Below the pieces are notes generated by a model. The model worked only from the letters and a program-made list of their open reading frames with translations, ran no database searches and was not told the DNA's origin. Positions 24,941 to 33,361 of a stretch of DNA of 33,361 nt are shown piece after piece. The stretch's first letter is position 1; each line of letters begins with the position of its first letter. A program made the translations under genes and the position numbers. Source of the stretch: Octopus bimaculoides (lineage: Eukaryota); NCBI RefSeq assembly GCF_001194135.2, contig NC_068992.1, forward strand, positions 25,761,309-25,794,669, written 5' to 3'.

Positions 24941-25095
24941 TGGTGATCTGAAGAGCTAGTCTTCTATATCTTTAATGATTTCTAATTGTACAATTTGACT
25001 GTACAATGTACAGCATACATATTCGTGCAGACTTGTGAAATATTACACTGAAGTTACTATTACATGATGAAGGCTGTGAAACGGCTGTAATCCCA
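24941..25095 (+). ncRNA. Putative type I hammerhead ribozyme with an approximately 100-nt insertion in loop II
   Basis: Stem I UGG(U)GAU/AUCCCA; core CUGAAGA 24948-24954; stem II UAGUCUUC/GAAGGCUG; GAAA 25078-25081; C-GGCU-GUA; predicted cleavage between 25089 and 25090. Confidence 0.55.
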
Positions 25096-25314
25096 CGGAT
25101 ACCAACTAATGCAATATATTTATTCAGCTCTCACACTTCCTAACTTTTTATGGTTTCTGTACTCGTAATGAGATAACTTCAGATGGATCTGCTGGATAGA
25201 ACTATGAATTACTGTGTGCTATAATAGCGAGGTCCACAAGACGAGCTTTTCTATGATTGCCACCCATTCCATGAATCTATCTACTGCACTGCACAACACA
25301 CACACACACACACA

Positions 25315-25346
<32 letters not shown>

Positions 25347-25765
25347 NNNNNNNNNNNNNNNNNNNNNNNNNNNNNNNNNNNNNNNNNNNNNNNNNNNNNN
25401 NNNNNNNNNNNNNNNNNNNNNNNNNNNNNNNNNNNNNNNNNNNNNNNNNNNNNNNNNNNNNNNNNNNNNNNNNNNNNNNNNNNNNNNNNNNNNNNNNNNN
25501 NNNNNNNNNNNNNNNNNNNNNNNNNNNNNNNNNNNNNNNNNNNNNNNNNNNNNNNNNNNNNNNNNNNNNNNNNNNNNNNNNNNNNNNNNNNNNNNNNNNN
25601 NNNNNNNNNNNNNNNNNNNNNNNNNNNNNNNNNNNNNNNNNNNNNNNNNNNNNNNNNNNNNNNNNNNNTAATATGTATGTATACATATGAGTATATGTAT
25701 ATTTGTATGTATGTATGTATGTATGTATTTATGTACGTATGCATGTATGCATGTATGCATGTATG

Positions 25766-25796
<31 letters not shown>

Positions 25797-25957
25797 CTGT
25801 TTGTATTTAGATGTACCTGATATGTGTTACAGTGTATGTTTGAATGTGTAGTTAATGTGTTGAGTGTTACGACTGTTGTTTGAAACCATCATTGATTACT
25901 AGTTTGAAACATCTTACCGACTCAACGATTTTGTAACATTGAGTCTAAGAATTTTTG

Positions 25958-26152
25958 TAGCTCACGTCGAGCAAAATGGTAGCAGTATTCCGTTCGTCCT
26001 AAAGATCTGAGTTCAATTTCCAATAAGGTCGAGTTTTCCTTCTTTTCTTTCGGAGTAAATATAAATACCAGTTGTGCACTGGGGTCGATGTAATTGACTT
26101 CCCCTTCCTCTAAAATTGCTGGTCTTGTGTCAAAACATTGAAACTATTATTA
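25958..26152 (+). mobile_element. Degenerate SINE type A, tail variant 2
   Basis: CTGAGTTCAATTTCC, ATACCAGTTGTGCACTGGGGTCGATGTAATTGAC, GGTCTTGTGTC plus (ATT)n. Confidence 0.7.
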
Positions 26153-27149
26153 TTTTTTTTTCTTATTATATCTGATTCTGATATAAGATTCGATTTTATT
26201 TTCTTGTAAGTTTTTATCAGTCATTATACTCACGGTTTTTGAGGAAGCAACTTCAAATTTTTCATATTCGTTTATTTTTTTCTCATTATTGTGTATCAAA
26301 TAGTGGCAAATAAAATCCTTCAACGAAAAATTTGTCATGGCAACTTGGAGAAATAAATATATAAATATATATGTGTGTGTGTGTGTGTGTGCGTGTGTGC
26401 GTATACCACTTAAATTTATTCTCAAAATACAAATAACAACAACCCCACTCCATTTACCCCCTAATCTTCATTAATTTTCTTTTTGTATCTACTCTCACCA
26501 TCACTATATATTACCCCAACAATATATCATCTCTTTAATTCTTTATTGTCCTTTACACACTTCACTCAGTTTTATTCCTTAGCATTTATAAACTTTTTCT
26601 ATTTCACCTGCCTCCCCCTCTTAACCCCTTCCTTCGTAACTAACAAATACATACGGCAACATACACTTCTACTACTTCATACTGTAAAGATTCTCACCTC
26701 ACACAATAAACATTACTCAACAAAAAGCAGGTAGTAACCGCTATGATTTTCCCCCATTCCCTCTTCCTTCTTCATGCATATTTTTCTCCCACCTCACCCA
26801 AAATATTTCCCCACCTTCTTCCCTCCATATTACTTTTTTTTTTTTTTACCAAATACCACTTCCCTTGCTAATTTCTGTGATTCAGCCAAAACAACTCCAT
26901 TGAATACGACCGGTCAAATGACCTTGCTTAAATTCCTCAGGCTTCTCACTCCCTTATGATTTTTGTTCTTATTTTGTTTTCTACTTTTTCCTTCTTTGCA
27001 TCCTAATTCCAATCTACATTTATATTTTCCATTACTATTCTTCTCTCTACGCATTCTGATATTTATCAATTCCGAGGTTCCGACGGCTATGAAGTATATG
27101 TAGCTCGGATCTTATCTACTCCATTCCTGAACTCATGTGTGTATATGTA

Positions 27150-27375
27150 TTCTTTTATTCCTCTCAGTCATTTGACTGTGGACATGCTTGAGCAGGGCCT
27201 TTAGTCGAGCAAATCGACTCCAGGACTTATTCTTTGTAAGCATAATACTTACTCCATCAGATCTCTTATTTCCGAAGCGCTATGTTATGGGGTCGTAAAC
27301 ACATTAGTATCGGTTGTCAAGCGATGTTGGTGGGGACAAACACAGACACAGTAACACAAACACACACACACACAC

Positions 27376-27418
<43 letters not shown>

Positions 27419-27420
27419 TA
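27150..27420 (-). mobile_element. SINE type B, 3' half; the remainder probably lies in the N gap
   Basis: Reverse complement of about 7230-7470. Confidence 0.85.
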
Positions 27421-28309
27421 TATATATATNNNNNNNNNNNNNNNNNNNNNNNNNNNNNNNNNNNNNNNNNNNNNNNNNNNNNNNNNNNNNNNNNNNNNNN
27501 NNNNNNNNNNNNNNNNNNNNNNNNNNNNNNNNNNNNNNNNNNNNNNNNNNNNNNNNNNNNNNNNNNNNNNNNNNNNNNNNNNNNNNNNNNNNNNNNNNNN
27601 NNNNNNNNNNNNNNNNNNNNNNNNNNNNNNNNNNNNNNNNNNNNNNNNNNNNNNNNNNNNNNNNNNNNNNNNNNNNNNNNNNNNNNNNNNNNNNNNNNNN
27701 NNNNNNNNNNNNNNNNNNNNNNNNNNNNNNNNNNNNNNNNNNNNNNNNNNNNNNNNNNNNNNNNNNNNNNNNNNNNNNNNNNNNNNNNNNNNNNNNNNNN
27801 NNNNNNNNNNNNNNNNNNNNNNNNNNNNNNNNNNNNNNNNNNNNNNNNNNNNNNNNNNNNNNNNNNNNNNNNNNNNNNNNNNNNNNNNNNNNNNNNNNNN
27901 NNNNNNNNNNNNNNNNNNNNNNNNNNNNNNNNNNNNNNNNNNNNNNNNNNNNNNNNNNNNNNNNNNNNNNNNNNNNNNNNNNNNNNNNNNNNNNNNNNNN
28001 NNNNNNNNNNNNNNNNNNNNNNNNNNNNNNATATATATATATATATTTATATGTATGTATGTATGTATGTATGTATATGTATATGTATATGTATATAGGT
28101 AAATATGTATGCATATAAATGATGATAAGATTCTACCTAGAATAATAAATTTACGATTCTCTGTTCACCAACTTGGACACCAGTTGCATTCTTTAACTTT
28201 ACGTCAATGACAGTTATACCTGATTCGTAAATATACATACGCATATATATATATATATATATATATATACGTAAAACATATTCCTTGAAAATTTGTTGTG
28301 CGACTCTTG

Positions 28310-28700
28310 ATTCTGTCTCTTACTCTTACTCTGTCTCCTTCCACGTCTACTCTTACTTCATCTCTTTCTCCAATCTTACTCTCTCTTTCCGCCCTTGCTT
28401 GTCTCCCTTGTACCTTTCTCTTCTCTCTCTCTGTCTTGCCTTCTTTTTCGTTCTCAGTCGCTCTCTGTCCGTCATTCTTTCTATCTGAATCTATCACATT
28501 TACCTATACTCCTATTCCATCTCTTTCTCTACTATTACCGTCTGTTTTCGGCCTTGCTTGGCTCCCTTGTACATTTCTCTTCTCTCTTTCTCTCTCTCTC
28601 TCTCACTCTCTCTCTCTCTCTCTCTGTTTCTCTCATCCCTCTGCTCCTTCGTTCTCTTTCCGTTGTCCCTTCTTTCCCTCTCTCAATACTTCCTCATCCC
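28310..28700. repeat. CT-rich low-complexity tract with an internal duplication of about 160-bp period
   Basis: CCTTGCTTG.CTCCCTTGTAC.TTTCTCTTCTCTCT at about 28393 and about 28552, with similar upstream context. Confidence 0.65.
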
Positions 28701-29242
28701 TGCTTCACAACCGGTATCCCTTGAAGGCAATATTGTTCATTTTCACCCTGCCTTTGACCAGATTGGTGTTGCTGGTCTGGACTCATTTTACGTCCTCCAA
28801 GACTTCCTCCATTTCATCTTTGCGCAACCACACTAAGTTCGCTTGATAGTTGTAAAGCTCTTTCTGTTGTATTTATGGTTTATGTATAATAATTTGTTTC
28901 CTACTGCTGTATATAGACTGAGGCATCGAATTGTTACGTACGAATAATTCTTTGTCGTGGTTATATATCTTCCTTGTTTCATTCTCAGTATACGTTCGCT
29001 AGCTTTTACTCAGTAGCTTAATAATAGCACTGGCACCTACGAAATTAAGTGGTCTCAAAAGTAATGGCACGAAAGCACTATGATATTGACTGACGAGGAA
29101 AACTCAGCTGCGAAAAGTCCGTGTATCACACCCTAGTCTAAATTTCCCGTCCGTTAAGTTTTCGTCTAGTTTCAATTTCGCTCTGCTTTCGTCTAACATT
29201 TTCTCCTTCTTGTGTTCTTTTTCTTCAACCCTATACATATGC

Positions 29243-29515
29243 TTCATTCTTTTACATGTTTCAGTCATGTGACTGCGGCCATGCTGCAGCATTACCTTTA
29301 GTCGAACAAATTGACCCCAGGACTTATTCTTTGTAAGCCTAGTACTTATTCTATCGATCACATTTGCTGAACCGCTATATTTCAGGGACGTAGACACATC
29401 GACATCGGTTTCAAGTGACGGTGAGGCGAGGACAAACACAGACATACAAACGCACAAACGCGCACAGACACACACACAGACACACACACACACACACGCA
29501 CACACACACACACAC

Positions 29516-29520
<5 letters not shown>
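29243..29520 (-). mobile_element. SINE type B, 3' half, truncated at its internal microsatellite
   Basis: GTTTCAGTCATGTGACTGCGGCCATGCTG...GACCCCAGGACTTATTCTTTGTAAGCCTAGTACTTATTCTATCG. Confidence 0.85.
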
Positions 29521-29558
<38 letters not shown>

Positions 29559-29753
29559 ATACACATAAACGAATGCAGTTAACAAATGCAAGCCTATCAG
29601 CTTACCAGAATGTGATAGTTACATGAAAAGCTCAACGGTGAATATACACAGCAAGCTCAATCTCTCTATACACGAAGCATCTAAGGGTAGCAGTAGATGA
29701 ATTTTTTTATTTTTATTTGGTTAGTAAATTTTAATCAAGATATTTCTCCCAAT

Positions 29754-30138
29754 AGTGGAGGCGCAATGGCCCAGTGGTTAGGGCAGCAGACACGCGGTCA
29801 TAGGATCACGGTTTCGATTCCAAGACCGGGCGTTGTGAGTGTTTATTGAGCGAAAACACCTAAAGCTCCACGAGGCTCCGGCAGGGGATGCTGGCGAACC
29901 CTGCTGTACTTTTTCACCACAACTTTCTCTCACTCTTACTTCCTGTTTCTGTTGTGCCTGTAATTCGAAAGGCCAGCCTTGTCACACTGCGCCACGCTGA
30001 ATCGCCCCGAGAACTACGTTAAGGGTACACGTGTCTGTGGATTGCTCGGCCACTTGCACGTTAATTTCACGAGCAGGCTGTTCCGTTGATCGGATCAACT
30101 GGAACCCTCGACGTCGTAAGCGACGGAGTACCAACAAC
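29754..30138 (+). mobile_element. Full-length tRNA-derived SINE type C2 with a 12-bp target-site duplication
   Basis: A box TGGCCCAGTGG, B box GTTTCGATTCC, (CAA)n end; ATTTCTCCCAAT at 29742-29753 and 30139-30150. Confidence 0.9.
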
Positions 30139-31202
30139 ATTTCTCCCAATCAAGATATTTCGTTGCTATTGATCGGCTGTGCTACATATATATATTTNNN
30201 NNNNNNNNNNNNNNNNNNNNNNNNNNNNNNNNNNNNNNNNNNNNNNNNNNNNNNNNNNNNNNNNNNNNNNNNNNNNNNNNNNNNNNNNNNNNNNNNNNNN
30301 NNNNNNNNNNNNNNNNNNNNNNNNNNNNNNNNNNNNNNNNNNNNNNNNNNNNNNNNNNNNNNNNNNNNNNNNNNNNNNNNNNNNNNNNNNNNNNNNNNNN
30401 NNNNNNNNNNNNNNNNNNNNNNNNNNNNNNNNNNNNNNNNNNNNNNNNNNNNNNNNNNNNNNNNNNNNNNNNNNNNNNNNNNNNNNNNNNNNNNNNNNNN
30501 NNNNNNNNNNNNNNNNNNNNNNNNNNNNNNNNNNNNNNNNNNNNNNNNNNNNNNNNNNNNNNNNNNNNNNNNNNNNNNNNNNNNNNNNNNNNNNNNNNNN
30601 NNNNNNNNNNNNNNNNNNNATATATATATATATATATAGGTGTAACGGACAATATACGAAAGGTTCAAAACAGTGATTTCTAACAAACAGCGAAGATGCA
30701 TATTAGATTTTAAGTTTAAAAAAACAACACCAATTTTTATATACGGAATCATACTCTAAATTTCCATTTAGAAACCTACTGATTGCATGATAAACAACAA
30801 GTGATGAGCAAGAACATCTGCAATCACGGACAGATATTTCATCGAATTCTCTGACGTCAACATTCGGTAGAACCTGTGCAACCGCATTTGCAAATTTAAT
30901 ATTAATTTACCACACATAAATTAACTTACGATTCTACAAATTTCCTGCATAAAATTTTATTTAACCAACTTATATATATATTAGTTTATGTATATATTAA
31001 CATTATCTCAGTTTTAAAAAAACCTTTCACAATGTAAATATGTTAATAGTTACCATGGGTAGCAAAAAATACTCAAAAAACAGGATATCACCCCCGTTTT
31101 AAAAGTAGAGATACCATGTTGAAGTGATGCATTTTGATGCATTTTGAGTAGATATGACTAATAACAATAAATGGAGCAAAACGCATATCAATAAAAGTTC
31201 CT

Positions 31203-31297
31203 TTAATTCCTACACATGTTTCAAAATATATGTGTGCCCTCCTCCAAAGAAGTAAGAGCTGCTGGAATTCCACATGTATTCATCATCAGGGAATCAA
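31203..31297 (-). ncRNA. Putative minimal type I hammerhead ribozyme (left arm)
   Basis: UUGAUUCC-CUGAUGA-U-stem II-U-GAAA-C-AUGU-GUA-GGAAUUAA on the minus strand. Confidence 0.65.
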
Positions 31298-31471
31298 CAT
31301 ATAACAGCGCACAAATGCGAAATGATGAGGTAACTTACGAGCTATAATATTACATGGCTAAGTAAGTGACCGTTAAAAGTGACCGTTTCTTCTAACGGTC
31401 ACTTACATGGACATGTAATATTATAGTTCGTAATTTAGTTCATCGTTTCGCATTTGTCTTGCTTTTATATG

Positions 31472-31566
31472 TTGATTCCCTGATGATGAATATATGTGGA
31501 ATTCCAGCAGCTCTTACTTCTGTGGAGGAGAGCACACATATGTTTTGAAACATGTGTAGGAATTAA
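31472..31566 (+). ncRNA. Putative minimal type I hammerhead ribozyme (right arm)
   Basis: Stem I UUGAUUCC (31472-79)/GGAAUUAA (31559-66), 8 bp; CUGAUGA 31480-86; stem II GAAUAUAUGUG/CACAUAUGUUU, 11 bp including two GU pairs; GAAA 31547-50; palindromic ACAUGU; GUA 31556-58. Confidence 0.7.
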
Positions 31567-31613
31567 AGGAACTTTTATTTATATGCGTTTTGCTCCATTT
31601 ATTGTTATTATTC

Positions 31614-31909
31614 ATGGAAAAATGACAAAGTAGAAAATGCTAAAATACTTTTATAAAGAACATTACAGAACCAGTTTCGATCCTTGAGATCTTTTCAACA
31701 GTAAATATGAATAATAGATTTTTGAAAAAATATTGAAAAAATAAATTTTGGTAAATTTAAAAGAAAAGTGTTTTTAAAGACATAGTTGTATAGTATTCAA
31801 TTAACAGCGGCATTTTTCTTGTTTCTTCCTGTCTCTGTTTCACTTCTTAACTGTTGTGGGTTCGAAGAAGGACTGTATTTTAGCATTTTCTACTTTGTTT
31901 CTTTTCCAT
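31614..31909. mobile_element. Element of about 296 bp bounded by 35-bp inverted repeats
   Basis: 31614-31648 vs the reverse complement of 31875-31909 match at 32/35. Confidence 0.6.
31663..31704 (-). ncRNA. Putative variant-core (U3-A8) minimal hammerhead ribozyme
   Basis: The minus strand reads UUACUG-UUGAAAA-GAUC-UCAAG-GAUC-GAA-AC-UG-GU-U-CUGUAA. Confidence 0.5.
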
Positions 31910-32736
31910 ATATATCTACTCGACGTCTCCTTACGTAAACAAATTGTGTGTGNNNNNNNNNNNNNNNNNNNNNNNNNNNNNNNNNNNNNNNNNNNNNNNN
32001 NNNNNNNNNNNNNNNNNNNNNNNNNNNNNNNNNNNNNNNNNNNNNNNNNNNNNNNNNNNNNNNNNNNNNNNNNNNNNNNNNNNNNNNNNNNNNNNNNNNN
32101 NNNNNNNNNNNNNNNNNNNNNNNNNNNNNNNNNNNNNNNNNNNNNNNNNNNNNNNNNNNNNNNNNNNNNNNNNNNNNNNNNNNNNNNNNNNNNNNNNNNN
32201 NNNNNNNNNNNNNNNNNNNNNNNNNNNNNNNNNNNNNNNNNNNNNNNNNNNNNNNNNNNNNNNNNNNNNNNNNNNNNNNNNNNNNNNNNNNNNNNNNNNN
32301 NNNNNNNNNNNNNNNNNNNNNNNNNNNNNNNNNNNNNNNNNNNNNNNNNNNNNNNNNNNNNNNNNNNNNNNNNNNNNNNNNNNNNNNNNNNNNNNNNNNN
32401 NNNNNNNNNNNNNNNNNNNNNNNNNNNNNNNNNNNNNNNNNNNNNNNNNNNNNNNNNNNNNNNNNNNNNNNNNNNNNNNNNNNNNNNNNNNNNNNNNNNN
32501 NNNNNNNNNNNNNNNNNNNNNNNNNNNNNNNNNNNNNNNNNNNNNNNNNNNNNNNNNNNNNNNNNNNNNNNNNNNNNNNNNNNNNNNNNNNNNNNNNNNN
32601 NNNNNNNNNNNNNNNNNNNNNNNNNNNNNNNNNNNNNNNNNNNNNNNNNNNNNNNNNNNNNNNNNNNNNNNNNNNNNNNNNNNNNNNNNNNNNNNNNNNN
32701 NNNNNNNNNNNNNNNNNNNNNNNNNNNNNNNNNNNN

Positions 32737-32792
<56 letters not shown>

Positions 32793-32804
32793 AATATAAT
32801 ACGA

Positions 32805-32920
32805 TATCATAGTATCATCGACACAATCAACAACATTATCAACATCATCATCACCATGACCATCATCGCCATCATGATCATCATTGTCGTCATCATCATG
32901 AACATCAACATCATCAAGTG
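32805..32920. repeat. Degenerate (CAT)n microsatellite
   Basis: Direct reading. Confidence 0.85.
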
Positions 32921-33254
32921 CTCCCATGAAATTAACATTCATAATCAATCTAGATAACCAGTGCAGGTGTATATACGTAATGACACTAATAGATATAAAC
33001 CATTTTCGACATTTGTCTAATATATGTATGTGCGCATGTGTTTGTGTGTGTATGTATACCTTCTGATTCTATCTACTTTCGAATGGAGAATTCAATCTTT
33101 CTCCGGAATATTTACTATAACACTAATAAAAATATGTCACTGTGCTTTATGTCAGCTATATTTCAAGCGAATTTTCATTTCAGTAACCCATTTGCAAGAA
33201 AGTATTTACAACTACACATATATATGTAGATAAATATATAAATAGATAGATACA

Positions 33255-33320
33255 TTTCTTTTATTAGCCACACAGGGCTCAACGAAGATAGGACAAATAC
33301 AATGTAGAGCTTTTCTTTTT
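33255..33320 (-). mobile_element. SINE 3' tail fragment related to type A tail variant 1
   Basis: The minus strand reads ATTTGTCCTATCTTCGTTGAGCCCTGTGTGGCTAATAAAAG, similar to TTTGTCCCCTCTGTGTTTAGCCCCTTGTGGGCAATAAAG. Confidence 0.5.
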
Positions 33321-33361
33321 GGGAGGGGGAAGGAAGGAAAAAAAAAAAAAAAAAAAAAAAA

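Larger units (their letters stand above)
31154..31615. repeat. Long near-perfect palindrome of about 460 bp; inverted pair of hammerhead-bearing arms
   Basis: 31159-31303 vs 31466-31610 match at 140/145 by manual count; the arms continue less perfectly to a 9-nt centre (31380-31388). Confidence 0.95.

Noticed and set aside
26400-26880. Strongly G-depleted C/T/A-rich stretch
   Set aside because: No periodicity, ORF or motif found; treated as low-complexity sequence.
29755-29830. tRNA gene-like sequence, also at other SINE heads
   Set aside because: The A and B boxes continue into SINE bodies and tails, with a TSD here; these are tRNA-derived SINE heads, not tRNA genes.

Overview
AT-rich, repeat-dense eukaryotic draft-assembly DNA with many N gaps, mostly flanked by (TA)n or (CA)n runs. 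The SINE families and microsatellite load look like an Octopus-type cephalopod; this is inference from recalled repeat families, not a database search. I can support no intact protein-coding gene. The window holds decayed mobile elements: a Penelope-like (PLE) GIY-YIG remnant, three mariner remnants, a probable Chapaev3-type remnant, a CR1/L2-group LINE 3' portion, an R4-like restriction-endonuclease LINE in permuted order, and about 15 tRNA-derived SINE copies or fragments of three body types. The main unexplained signal is four non-coding, inverted-repeat elements with no shared sequence evident by eye (13751-14131, 24825-25105, 31154-31615, 31614-31909). Each carries a minimal type I hammerhead ribozyme motif, on the minus strand in the left arm and, where present, on the plus strand in the right arm. 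Also notable: the CR1/L2 LINE and one SINE family share a 3' tail with a covarying hairpin. All alignments and folds were done by eye, so coordinates may be off by a few bases.
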